Below, in pieces: positions 1 through 13,911 of a stretch of 64,000 nt of DNA; position 1 is the stretch's first letter, and each line of letters begins with the position of its first letter. This DNA is from Amoeboaphelidium protococcarum X5 (lineage: Eukaryota; Fungi; Aphelidiomycota). The stretch is taken from positions 965,147 through 1,029,146 of the forward strand of contig JALDTO010000155.1 in the NCBI GenBank assembly GCA_023515725.1, written 5' to 3'. Below the pieces are notes generated by a model. The model was not told where the DNA came from and did no database searches. It worked only from the letters and a program-made list of their open reading frames with translations. The position numbers and the translations under genes are program-made.

Positions 1-1544
1 TACAGCAAAGATTCATCAATGTTGAAATTGTCCTTAGTAAATAAGCTGGGTCTTCTTCTCTACTTACTTGACGGTTCTGGCCTCTTGAAAGCTTTTGCCT
101 GTTTGTCTTCTTTAACTTTATCACCATCAGATTGTGCCTTTTCACTGTCCTTTGTGGTCGACGATGATTTAAATGATAACCGCTTTAACCCTTTTAGCAA
201 TAAAGATGGTTCTTCTAAGATCTTTTCTAACTCAGACTCCCAACCATCATCTTTGACAGAATCATCGTTAGTATGCTCACTCTTAGTTACAACGCGCTAG
301 TGAATCTAACTTTGAACTTTTGGAGAGCTCGAACTCTCACCGAACAGAATTCGCAGCTGTGATTACCTAAAGTCCTATCCAACTATAATATGCTCCACAC
401 TAACTTTTTCTTAATCCAAGTGATCTTTTAACATTGCTTAAAGATAATATCTATTAGATTTTGGCAGCTAACTCAAATCTTTACCAGATTGTAAATACTC
501 ACCAGATGACTTGTATATATTGATATCATTCAAGTGAACAGCATAATCGTACATTTTAGGAAGTCGCGATAACGCAATAGAGCACGCAGCCTTTATCAAT
601 AAACTTTTCACATCCAATTCTTCAAATAGAAATTAGTACTACATTTATGAGCTTAATTCGTCCCAAAATGAAGTAGCATGTTCACGCGCATAATTAAAGT
701 ATTAATTCAACAACAGAGCACTGAAGTACACGCCGGAAACCAGGGAAGGACTATGCGCATACCGAAGACCATGCGCCACCTTGCCAGTAACGGCATTAAT
801 GTACACGGTACCAAGGGATGAACGACACTCATAATATGGAATGAATATGTCATTAGAGGACACGGTTCCGTCAGACTTTTTAGACATTTGTAGATGCCTT
901 ATCTTCTTAACTCCATTGATACTTGCGAGCCATTATATTACATCACGTCGATACCTCTAGGCAGTAACGTCATTCAAAGCGCGTCTCAATAGAATACTTG
1001 TGTCAAAGTGACTCTCCCTGAAATTGTAGTAGCAGCTCAATTAATCCGAACTTTCACTCTTATTCTCCCCATCATTATCATCATACAAATCTATCGCTTG
1101 TAAAGGAACAGTACCGCCAGCCTATTACGCAATCTATATCATAGCGAGCATATCGTCAACGTCATTAAGTTTACGGCGAACGGAGCTACCATCAGATATT
1201 ATCAGCATCGGAAAGTTGAACTACCGTTGGAAACTATATCTTACAAGCATTTCTTCTTTAGTATTCTTCATCAACAACATATTAGGTGGAATGTCCACTT
1301 TCTAATCCCAGAGAAGTATACCATTCATGTTAGAGGTGAACTAGACGCGTGTATAAATGTATGGGATGTATTTCAGCGTGATTTTGGGCTAAGAGTATTC
1401 AAGTTTAAAGACAGTATGCTTACTTAAAGCATCGGCATGAATTTAACGCGCCTAATCCTCTGATATCTAAACAGTAAATCGATAAATCTTGTTCCTTTCC
1501 AAATTAACAGAATAAAGCCTAGTTCTACAAAGTCGTAAGATCAT
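1..1544 (-). CDS. Hypothetical protein, 3' end outside the window; Arg-rich N-terminus suggests mitochondrial targeting
   Basis: With TAR=Gln one frame is open from ATG 1544 (MILRLCRTRLYSVNLERNK) through ORF-track fragment 702-887 to the window edge without TGA. Confidence 0.7.
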
Positions 1545-1854
1545 AATAAGGATTGTCTCTTGATATTTTACGAGATAATGATAAATTTCACAGATGGAAA
1601 TAATAAAAACGCGTCAAGATTCTTTTGCTCAACGTCAGAACGAATTTCTTTTCTATTTCAACCGCGTGGCTTTCAGTGAGCGCCGTTACAATCAGCCTGA
1701 TTTGTTTGATATCCTGTTGTCACGTTGTTGTTACTGCGGTCCTTATATATTTACAAGCTGTATATCTTTAAAGCAAATTAATTATTTTTGAATAAATAAT
1801 TGTAGTCTCGCTGCTTAGTCTCGTTAATACATCGAACCATTAAATTTCCGTAGT

Positions 1855-2574
1855 ATGAGAGTATTGATCGATAAGGAGCATATTCTTGATCCGACCTGTC
1901 GCAAGCGATCTGGTGATGTAAAGAGAGAACGTAGATACTAATCATCAGAGTAGTTGTATGATATTCCTCCTCGCCGATCATCTTTACCTGACATCTCCGC
2001 TCTATATGTTAATACTGATGTTGCATTGAATTCTAATTTGGAGTTTTAGTCAACTTCAGAAGTTTAGAGTTCTTAAAGGGAGGAGCAAGTGTCGTCCAGA
2101 GAGAATGCTGATTGCGAGATCTCAAAGTTGAATGCTATAATTGACTAGTAGAAGAAGCTGATTGACTCGCTTAAACAATTATGCAAAACAGTTGATGAAA
2201 CTTAGTATTTGCAGTCGTATGTCAAGGTACCAATTGTATAGCTGCCTCTGGTAAATTAGACAATGCTCTTTGAGAACGACAAGTTAATCTAACGGCTGCA
2301 AGATAAAATACGGCAATGCTACGCGTATATGGAACGCCACGATAGCAAAGATTCAATCTGCTCACTTGCACATGAAATTCCTATTATAAATCACGCAAGC
2401 ATAATTGAATGGGTAAATTAATTTGGAATAAATCACAACTCTGGTCTTGCTAGTATACTTAATAATACGTAGCTTCAAGAGTCTCATGTTTATAGAATGA
2501 CTTCTATGTGTTCTAATCACTCCAATACAAGATTAAGTTTTGATCCTAGATTGATCCATCATAATCCTTTATGA
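1855..2574 (+). CDS. Hypothetical protein (239 aa) with a coiled-coil-like segment
   Basis: ATG 1855 (MRVLIDKEHILDPTCRKRS) to TGA 2572-2574, open only with TAR=Gln; heptad-like ISKLNAIIDQQKKLIDSLKQLC. Confidence 0.55.
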
Positions 2575-2672
2575 ATTAATAATGATAATAATAAAGCGCG
2601 CTCTTATCTCTATGTACATACTCTATTCAATATAACTTTACAAACTTTCTGTAACACAATGCAGTGATAAGT

Positions 2673-3932
2673 TCATGATAATTCATGATTAAGCATGTAC
2701 TCGCGCTCTTCATGCGATATCATTCTGATTTCATAACCTTCACTTCCTCGTCTAACGCGTGGATTTCCAATCTGTATTTACTGTGACGGACTTTCATATC
2801 CACCTACAACATTACCACTATTTAGTATAGTCTAATTGTCGGTGTCACTGATTATCAACTCTCCATCATCAGAATCGTAATCATCATCATACGCAGCGGA
2901 TGGATAATATTCCCGATATTCAGCCGGTGGCCAGTGTGAGCCATCCGAATCCCATCTACGCTCTTTATTAATGATAATTGGAAATGAGAGGCCGTCATAC
3001 TTTCTATTTACTCCTTAAAATGGATATAACCATAGTAGAATATTATCACCGAGAACTTGCCGAATATTCTCAATCAATCCCACATTATACGGGAAGTGAT
3101 AGTGTGGAATCTTCTTGCGTAATACCAAATTCCTCACTCGATCCTTCTCAAAAGTTTCCAGTGTGGTGGTATTCGTACATATATACCAAGTCTGATATAT
3201 CCATAGCATTCCCACCATCAGTAGAACCAGACTGATCATGAAAATATCGATACAAGCCAGGAATAGAGACACCATATTGACAGGATTCTCGCGTAAACCA
3301 CTCCGAACTAAATGAGCAACTTTAGCGTATTCATTCAGCTGATCATAGAACCAGTACATAATGCTCCACCACAAGAATGAACAAGTAAGAACAACATATA
3401 CAAGAAATCGATAGAAATGTGCCTGATTATGGAATCCAACACAATTGTTGATCCACACACAGTCATGGTCCATTTTGAGTACACAGCGGCGGCACGTTGA
3501 ACAATGATGAGCTCTAGGAGGCTTAAAATTGCGGCATCGATGACAATATCGGTCTTTAAGCTGATCTTATTACTATTTCTGATTAACGAGATGTTATAAT
3601 GCAACGTCATCATCCTGATCATTACCATTATCTCGTTTACTCTAGCAATCATTCGAGCTAACATTCAAAAACATAGGAGACCAATTCTTGGGCACTGAGC
3701 CAGGATCTGTAGAGCATGCCAAATAATAACAAAGATAAATCATTAGACATCCCATATTGAACAATACAGGCCATCCGTAAATCACATAATACGACTTTGC
3801 ATGATAGTGAAGGAATGGAACGATATAAAACTAGCTAGTAATATGAGGGAATGCTATGAGAAAGAGGACAAAAATTTAATAATTTCCATTAGGACCTCTA
3901 CTTGCCTTCTTAATCCAGTCAGACCAGAACAT
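2673..3932 (-). CDS. PFA4: DHHC palmitoyltransferase, PFA4/ZDHHC6-like
   Basis: TDPG, CHRCRNFKPPRAHHC, MDHDCVWINNCVG (DHHC is DHDC here), NTTTLE, FPYNVG and C-terminal RVRRGSEGYE; 420 codons ATG to TGA. Confidence 0.9.
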
Positions 3933-4360
3933 TTTGGATCTATCTATCCACACTTTTTCAAAAGTGGAAAGAGAAAATACTGTAAAGACAGACTGACAGA
4001 AAGTTTTAGAAAAAGCGATGAAACTAGAAATGTTTTTGATTTCGATGTTGGAGATCGTTCTCAGGATGGTTCTTAGCGAATCTGCCTGTCACTCCAAATC
4101 GATATCCGTATTATACTTGTTTTTCAAGCATATACCAGCATTTCTTAACTTACATCTTAATGCTGATGTTAAATAGAAAGATTAATAATTTACTTATAAC
4201 TTGTGATTCCGGGGTGATAAAGCTATCTGCAGTAGTTACGCGTTTGGGTCATAAGGCTCACAACTCAATCATTACTCACTTTATAGCACTGCAGTTGAAT
4301 TCCTGAAACAAGATTAACGATATCCGTCAAAATTTAATCATTTTCAATATCAAAATATAA

Positions 4361-4603
4361 TCATTCTTCAGGCTGCAACTCAGATCCCTTCTTGATCACT
4401 GGATTGTTGGAGCGGTTGTTGGAGAGGACATAGGCAGGATTGTCATAGTCTCCTTTGCGCGTGATATCATGGCCTTTACTCTTGATAGTCTTCTCGCCTT
4501 CAACCTTCTCCTAAACTTCACCGTGCACTTTACCACGACCCCATTTCCACTGGACTTGATCGCCTTCTTCAAACTAATTTTGGTCACTTTACTTTTCAGA
4601 CAT
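4361..4603 (-). CDS. DUF2945/Hva1-like small Tudor-type protein (80 aa)
   Basis: MSEKQSDQNQFEEGDQVQWKWGRGKVHGEVQE...ITRKGDYDNPAYVL...VIKKGSEL*; the GD.V.W.WG and R.G..DNPAY pattern fits DUF2945; absent from the ORF track. Confidence 0.8.
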
Positions 4604-5107
4604 TCTTAATCTCACTGAACGAAGGTAAATGTATACTATTGATCTTGGTAGAAAAGAGACTACTATTGAAGCTACTGTGGTAATAAGGGAAAAGGCAATG
4701 TGGAAAGATACGTCACAACAATGACAATAACGTGTGACATCAGATGTTGTGAATCAGACAGTCATCGTTTTGCAATCTCAATCTGTAAAACAAAGAGAAT
4801 TTAAAGTAGCAGTTGAGAAGTATTGTGCGCTTAGCAATAAACTCTATTAAAAGAAGATATTTTGTGTTGACTATGAACTAGACTATGCGCTATAGACTGA
4901 GAATGGTTTATCTCGAAAATTAAGGAAATGCAGCTATGAGGACCATCTGTTCGCATGTTGATCAACACACTGACCGTTTGCGAACAAGTCATTTCTTTGA
5001 AGTGTCACGAATATGTAAACACTTTGTCAGTAGTTTTACTTTATTTTTACCAAATCAAACCAACTTATTACAATTTATTACAATATCATAATGAAAATAG
5101 CTGTCAG

Positions 5108-6826
5108 TCACAAATCGTACTCATGAGAAGGCTAGTAAGGCCTCGGATGATGATGGACCAAATTTTCATCGCTAGTAGACTGTGACACGTTATTGCTCAT
5201 GGCTATTGCTTCAGCGTCGCCATCACCAGATCCAGAGTGGTCTACAATCTCAGAAGACTTTCTGACGTGATCACCAGATATATTATCCACTTATTTTCTT
5301 AGTTTTGACTATCGATAACCAAAGAATGCATAGTATAAAAGCCCAACACCTAGCCATATTACGAACCGTATTAATGAATTGTGATTCGCTGCAATAAGAA
5401 GCATTACACATGATGAAGCACCAAGCATCGGCACTAGGTAAGGGCCACCAGGAACTTTAAACTTTCGCGGAAGATTAGGCTATTTAACGCGAAGTATGGT
5501 GACACCAACGCACACGAGAAGGAAGGCGAACAGAGTACCGACAGAGGTCAACTCTCCCAGTACGTCTATAGGAAATAGTCCACTGAGCAGCGTACAAACG
5601 AGACCCACACATATCGTGGTCTTGTACGGTGTCTAGAATCGAGGGTGGATGTGAGAAAATATTGCCGGCATTAAACCATCATTGGCCATTGCATAAAATA
5701 CTCTAGACTATCCCAAGAGCTCCACTATCAGCACAGAGCTCAATCCACAAACTGCTCCAAATTCAATGATGGCCGCGAGCCATTTAATACCAATCTAATC
5801 GATAGCAACAGCCATTGGATGAGGTACATTTAGAAGGGTATAATTGGCAACTCCAGTCAACACGAAACTTACAAGCACGTAAACAGTGGTGCAAACAAGT
5901 AGCGATACCATAATTCCAATAGGAAGATCTCGCTGTGGGTTCTTACACTCTTACGACGTTGTGGACACTGCATCGAACCCGATATATGCAAAGAACACCA
6001 GCGTAGCGCCTTAAAACACACCACTGACACCAAACTTACCAAACTATCCTTCATTTGGAGGTATGAATGGCGATAGATTGTCCTTACTAATGTGTGGTAT
6101 AGCAGCAGCGAAAAATATGAATATTACAAGCAATTTAAGGGCTACCGCAATGGCATTTACTCTAGCAGACTCTTTCATTCCGATTACAAGCAATGTAGAT
6201 GCAGCAACGACAGATACCATCGCCGGAATGTTCAATATTGCACCAGAAGACACCAGAGATCCAGTCGCAGGATCCACTTTAATGGGAGGTTGGACCCACG
6301 ATTGATCTACTTAAACATTAAAAGCATCTTGGAAGAATGATACAATGTAACCGGACCAGCCAACTGCCACAGTCGCTGCTCCAAAACAATACTCCAAGAT
6401 CAGATCCCATCCAATGATAAATGCCACAACTTCACCCAACGTATGATACGTATATGAGTAACAAGAACCGCTGACAGGAATTAGTGAGGCAAGCTCGCTG
6501 TAACAAAGTGCCGCCAGAGATGCTACACATCCAGCGATAATGTATGATAGTACAACTGCAGGTCCACTGAACTGTGAAGCAGCTAATCCAGTAAGTACAA
6601 ATAAGCCAGTTCCAATGGTTCCTCCAATGCCAATCAAAATTAAATCCCAGGCGGTAAGAGTTCTAGCCAATTGTTGATGTGAATTCTCCGAAGCTTGCAG
6701 GATGGCACTGACAGACTTGCGACGCAGTAAATCTTTGCCTAATCGACTTAGCCAATTCTAATCTTTATTAGTCAACTGTCCAGTCCTAAGCTATACCACA
6801 TCCCCATACAGTTAGTCATTGTCCAT
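5108..6826 (-). CDS. APC-family (CAT/YhdG-like) amino acid permease
   Basis: LRRKS, GIGGTIGTG, YSELAS.IPVSGS, GWDLILEY, FFAYIGFDAVST, HPRFQTP, ELTSVGTL; 573 codons. Confidence 0.92.
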
Positions 6827-7074
6827 CTTACGGAGAAAGTTAAAATTTGGTCAATTCAAAATCCTTTTAAACTAAACAATAAAGCTCTAAGCACGGAAAA
6901 ATTAGATCAAATTCGAGACTGGAGCATTTCTCTCCTCTTTCTCACTCTACATCTCTCTCAGCGCGCGTTGACTATGAGCTTTAAACTGCCAGAGCGAGAT
7001 GGAAGATTATTTCCATTAGATAATTTTTTACAATTCATCCAACGAAATATACACGACATATTATAAATTGCCAA

Positions 7075-7524
7075 ATGATGATATCTCGATAAGCTCTCAG
7101 AATAAATACAAATATTCGATATATTAATTATTCGCGAATATTGCGACACAAGAAAATATCTACTGAAGGACCGTTGCGGGTATCATTCAAAACTTCAGAT
7201 GGAGATGTGGTGGAGTGTCGTGCTAATGAAGGTGATAATCTGTTGGACATTGCTCACGCTAATCACGTAGATTTAGAGGGTGCATGTGAAGGTTCACTTG
7301 CCTGTTCAACGTGTCATGTCATTATGGATCAAGAGGATTATGAGAAGTTGGATGAGCCATCCGATGAAGAGAATGATATGTTAGATCTGGCGTTTGGTCT
7401 CACGGAAACGTCGCGTCTGGGATGTCAAGTTAAAATGTCCAAGGCGTTGGATGGAATGACAGTCCAAATCCCTTCAATGACGCGTAATCTCGCCGTAGAT
7501 GGTTTCAAGCCAAAACCTCATTGA
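7075..7524 (+). CDS. YAH1: Mitochondrial [2Fe-2S] ferredoxin (adrenodoxin type)
   Basis: LEGACEGSLACSTCHV and SRLGCQ; Arg-rich presequence MMISRQALRINTNIRY once TAA is read as Gln. Confidence 0.95.
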
Positions 7525-7726
7525 CTTTATGAACTCATAATTTAAATAAATAGATTCCATCTCCTCTAGACTTGCACTTTGACTTTATTGTTTTGACGCA
7601 AAGTGCGTTTAAGTTTTTTTAAAATCGGCTGGCCTGGATTTTGTTATTGATTCAAATTCTTATCGAATACCGTTTAGGTTGACTCAATAGAAGCATTCTA
7701 ATAGTAACAACACCATTAGCAGTAAT

Positions 7727-8425
7727 ATGCCTGGAGCATCTTTAATATTTAGATAATTATTTTGCTCAGAGAGTAGTACTTTTACTTACATTCTCGGATG
7801 TGTCAAGACTAGAGAATCTGTTATTATAGACCCGGTGGTGGAACATGTCGAACGTGACTTGCAGTTTGTCAAAGAATTGAATCTAAGTCTGAAGTACGCC
7901 ATGAACACTCACTGTCATGCTGACCATATAACCGGGACTGGAGCTATCAAGCAGCGATTGTAGCAGGTCAAGTCTGTGATTTCTCGCGCTAGTCAGGCTC
8001 AGGCTGATTTGCATCTTGATCATGGAGACAGTGTGCAGTTTGGGGATCACGTACTGGAAGCAATATCAACGCCAGGTCACACTGATGGTTGTATGTGCTT
8101 TTATCTCAAGTCATAAGGACTTCTATTCACAGGAGATACTCTGTTGATTAGAGGCTGTGGTAGAACGGATTTCTAACAAGGCAATGCTGGTAATTTATAC
8201 GATAATGTTCACAAGAAGTTAATGTCGCTGCCTGAAGACACCCTTGTCTATCCGGCGCATGATTATAAAGGCCGTACGTGTTCTAGTATACGTGAAGAAC
8301 GTTAGTTTAATCCACGCTTTACACTGTCCAGAGATGATTTTATCAAATTCATGGCCAATTTGAACCTGCCGTATCCCAAGAAGATTGACACTGCTCTCCC
8401 AGCTAATCTTCGCTGTGGTTTATGA
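7727..8425 (+). CDS. ETHE1: Persulfide dioxygenase, ETHE1-like (metallo-beta-lactamase fold)
   Basis: [47 protein letters not shown]; conserved Gln encoded by TAA; missing from the ORF track. Confidence 0.93.
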
Positions 8426-8620
8426 TTTTTTCGTGCTATTGCCGTTGGAAATAAGTAGTAATTTAATATGAATTGTCTATTCTAATAATTTCTCGCGTCG
8501 TTTCTCCATTGTATTTGGAATTTCCAACCATTTCGTCGTTGAAACAATTTTACTTTTTCTCTCTCTCTGCTATGCTTAGAGCTCAGTTTTCATCACGCTT
8601 TAGTTCTGACGTTTAATCGG

Positions 8621-11600
8621 ATGGGAATCAAAGGATTATGGTAGTTGTTGGAGCCAGTATGTGTTTTATTATCATATATTTGTAAACCAAATATCTTATT
8701 TATCTAAATGTGTAGACTTCAACTCCGGTGAGATTGGAGGCGTTGTCAAATTAAATTGTGGCTATTGATGCATCAATATGGTTGTACCAGGCAATTAAAG
8801 TGCAGAAGGATGGAATGATCAATCATCACATTAATCTATTCCTCAAGCGATTATGTAAACTGCTCTACTATGATATTCGTCCCGTCTTTGTATTTGATGG
8901 CCCAAATGTTCCCGAGGTGAAGAAGCAAGTACTCTAGTTGCGTCGTAATAAAGAGCACGCTGAGGCTGAGAAGATTGAACTGTAAAGGTCGCGCGTAGTC
9001 AACGCGAAATTGAGAGATTATGCTCAAAAGGTGGTTGAAGGGAAGGCTACTGTTGATAATGATATCTAATCAGGTGCTAACGATAAAAAGTTGACAAATA
9101 CTACGGATGATAAAGACTTTATTTTTGATAGCAGCTCTAATGAAAGTGAAAGTGGTGAAGAGGATGAAGAGTTTGTGTATGATCTGCCTTCGTTGTATGA
9201 ACGAATTTAAAGATTATGTGATAGACATTAGTTGGAGAAACTCACAAAATATGAGCTTGAGATGATTGATATAGATTCTGTTGAGTTTTAGAGATTGAAT
9301 GCTTAAGATTAGATGGCTGTATTGCAGGAGCTTCGGAGTAGATTATGGCATAAGCCCTTCCATGATATCTATGCTGGAGATGATGAAGATTAGGACGGTA
9401 CTAGTTCTAGTGCAGTTGGTAGTAAAAGCATTGGTGGCTCCATAGATTTCACTGATGTCCGATTTAGTAAGCGCCAGGTTGAGGGTATAGTCAAGAGGAG
9501 TCGGTTGACTAGGAAGATGCACAGCTTGTCCAACATCAATGATCGTTATGTCAAAAAGAGTCGAATTGCATCAAATCAAGATAAAGAGTACATTTTAGTT
9601 AAGAATATCAACAATTCTACGTGGACCATGTAGCCTAAAGTTTCCTAGATATAAAGTGTGGACACAAGTAATAAGAGTAGTGTTGGCAAGAGGCTTTAAG
9701 CTGCCACAATTGATTTTAATGATGAATTTAATAATAATGATGCGGACAGAGATGATAGAGCGACTGAGATTAGAACTCATATGGGTAATGATGACAAGTT
9801 GATATCAATTTACTAAGAACTAATGTTGAATCTTCCAGATAATACCACTGATGATGATGAATAGTTTATACAGGATGCTTTGTATACGTGGAGTTAGTCG
9901 GAGCTTTAGCGTTAATATACTCAGCTAAAGACGAGGCTTCAAGATAATTAAGATTAAACGGATTCTTAGGAGAAGCAATTGAAATAGTTTCTATGTGATG
10001 CACTTCTCTAGATTGCATTTGCCAAGGATGTTATTCTTAATGAGCCCCGTCGATAGAGTAGATAAGTAGAGAGTAGGCCGTAGAGCAGCGCTCTTTTTGA
10101 AAGTGTCGATTACGATCTGCCGGATATTAGTCAATTTCTTGGTATTGAACAAGAGAAATCCATTACAAAAGATCAGCCTTCGGTTCAATCTGATAATGGC
10201 TAATAGTTTCATGTAGAATCTTAAGATCAAAGGCTGAATGTTGATGATTTTGTAGAGATTAAAGATAAAGAGGTAGAAGATAATTTTGGCTTTTAATAAG
10301 AGCATAGTATGGATATTCCGGGTGATGCTGATTTTGCATTGAGGTCGAGTTTGTCTGACGATATTGATGATGAAGAGTTTAGTGTACCTGCAACGTCCAC
10401 TTTGTAATATACAGAGGCTCGTGGTGTTGATACTATTTAGAAGAATGATCTCTTCATGGAGTAAATGGTATAGAATGGGAAAATATAAATGATTAAAATA
10501 CCGGATGAGAATTTATTATAATAATCTCATCCTGCAATCTAATAATCCTCTTCAAGTATCGATGCGCTTTTGATTGACAGATAAAAGTAGTCCATCAACA
10601 CATAGACCTCAGTTACTAGCGATATGGTTGTAGAAGTTTAGGAATTGCTTAATCTCTTTGGTGTGCCATTCTTAATTGCTCCAGGTGAAGCTGAGGCATA
10701 GTGTGTGCAGTTGCAAAAGATTGGCCTTGTCGATGGTATCATCAGTGATGACTCTGATGTGTTTGCATTTGGTGCGACTAAAGTATACAGGAACTTTTAT
10801 AATCAGGCAAAGTTTCTTGAATACTTCAGCAAGGATGATATTGAGCGGCATCTATGTCTCACAGTGGAGCGGATTATATTTCTGGCCTACCTGCTCGGTT
10901 GCGATTACACTGATGGTGTCGGAGGCATTGGAGTGGTTGGAGCAATGGAGGTACTTGCAGAATTTGATTCCTCTGATATGATTGGTAATCTGGCTATATT
11001 TTAAAGTATATGTACAGGTGAAAGGGATGTACCTGCTGAGTATCAGGTGGTTATTGACTCCATGGGTAAGGCTGCAATGTAAAAGTATCAGTTTCCTCCT
11101 AGATTTCCAGACCGTCGTGTACTGGACGCGTATCTGCATCCTGAAGTTGATAATTCTAGTCAGGAATTTTAATGGCAATTTCCGAAATTAGATAAGCTGA
11201 GGCATTTCCTTACTCATAAACTTCTATGGACTGTGGATAAAGTCGACTCTATCGTAGTGCCAGTTTTGAAATCAATGTCTGCCAAGAAGTCAATTTAGAC
11301 GAATTTGAATCAGTATATTATATCATCCCCTAGTCATTCTTCTTCATTGAAATTGAAGCCCAGAATTTAGAAAGCCGTGGATAGATTATCCAGTCACAAT
11401 GATGTTGATAAAGATGATGATAGTAAGTAGTCGAGCTCTTTAAATAAAGATAAAGAGTCTGGGCAGAGTGTTTAACCTGAAGATAGTACTAGCACTGAAG
11501 ATGAGACAATTAGGCCGTAGAAGAAAGGCAATGTAAGAGGACAGTCTAAAAGTGTCTATAAGAGAAGGCGGAAATCTACAAATGGACGTAAAAAGAAGAT

Positions 11601-11661
11601 GGCTGCACCTATCAAGTCTTTGAAAGAGCTTCGAGATGAGGCATCAAAGAGAAATAGTTGA
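8621..11661 (+). CDS. RAD2: XPG/Rad2 nucleotide-excision-repair endonuclease (2 exons)
   Basis: MGIKGLWQLLEP, intron, then VAIDASIWLYQ, PVFVFDG, long acidic spacer, APGEAEAQC, SDDSDVF.FG, LLGCDYT; TGA 11659-11661. Confidence 0.92.
8657..8715 (+). other. Spliceosomal intron (59 nt) in RAD2
   Basis: GTATGT...TGTGTAG; removal joins LLEP to TSTPVRLEAL in frame. Confidence 0.85.
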
Positions 11662-11715
11662 TAATGTCATACATTTAACATGGAAAATAGCATTGATTTT
11701 TTAGAACACTATTAA

Positions 11716-12423
<708 letters not shown>

Positions 12424-12671
12424 AATAACTATTTTAATCTTCCCTCTCGTATATAATTAATCTTCTTAACTCCCAAAAAGGATATAAACGAGATTGAAGG
12501 AAAACGATCGACAACAATTTAATCTTGTTGAGCCAATCAATGGAAACAAATTCTTCTCTTCTTCTCTTTCTCTTGATCATTAGGATATATTCTGTGAGCA
12601 ATTTTCATTGGTGATCCGCTATTGTCCACTACTCTTTAGCTAAGGACATCTATATATATTAAGCTTGAAAT

Positions 12672-13832
12672 ATGACAGCGAATACAGCAACTAGATTGTG
12701 TGAGGGAATTGGATGTGATAAGGCTGGCGTGATGCAATGTCCCACTTGTAAAAAGCTGGGTAATATTAGTGTATTTTGCACTCAAGACTGCTTCAAGAAG
12801 AACTGGGGATAGCACAAGTTTAAGCACACCGCTCCGCCCGCTGAAGGAAATCCATGGCCAACATATTCTTATACGGGAGATCTGAGACCTCATTATCCGC
12901 TATCATCTCGCCGACCTGTACCTGAGCATATTCCTAGGCCTGATTACCACCTGGACGGAATCCCGAAATCTGAATAGACTCTGAAAGCGGCGCAAATCGT
13001 TCAGCTTACTGATTCCAAAGATTTATTGAAGATGAGATTGGCTGGTGCTCTGGGAAGATTAGTGCTGGATCATGCAGCATCTCTGATTCGTGTTGGTATA
13101 ACTACTGATGAAATAGATGCTGCCGTACACGATATCTGCATCAGGTATGGTGCCTATCCATCGCCGCTAAATTATCGCAACTTTCCCAAAAGTGTATGCA
13201 TATCAGTGAATGAGGTGATCTGCCATGGTATTCCAGACAAGCGTCCACTCCAGGATGGTGATATTGTCAATTTGGATGTCACAGTTTACTATAACGGGTT
13301 CCATGGTGATTTGAATGAGACGTATCTTGTCAGTAGAGAAGGTGCAGATCTTGATGATCCCAAGTATGCAGACGCTATCAAGTTGATCAACTCAGCGCGT
13401 ACTTGTATGGAGGAGGGGACCAAGATTTGTCGTCCTGGTGTGCGATTTAGAGAGATTGGTAATGTGATTAGTAAAGTTGCCTAGTAGAATGGACACTCTG
13501 TTGTCAGGACTTATTGCGGTCATGGCATACATAGACTATTCCACTGTGTGCCTAACATTCCGCATTATGCTAATAATAAAGCCATCGGTACAATGAAGGT
13601 TGGTAATACGTTCACCATTGAGCCGATGATCAACGCTGGTTCATGGCACGATGTCACCTGGCCGGATAATTGGACATCATGTACAAAGGATGGTAAGTGG
13701 AGTGCGTAATTTGAACAAGGTATCCTCATCACTCACGATGGCTATGAGATTTTGACTAGAAAGGGAGCGGATAAGATTTATTTTGACGAGAATGGACTTA
13801 AAGAAGAGTATCGACTATAATTATAATAGTGA
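12672..13832 (+). CDS. MAP1: Methionine aminopeptidase 1 with N-terminal zinc finger
   Basis: QCPTC...[53 protein letters not shown] (Q encoded by TAA). Confidence 0.95.
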
Positions 13833-13911
13833 ATTTTGGTGGTATTAACACGGTTAATTCAATGCAGTTGACAATATTGATTTTACAATTACGTATCAAG
13901 CTATGAATATA

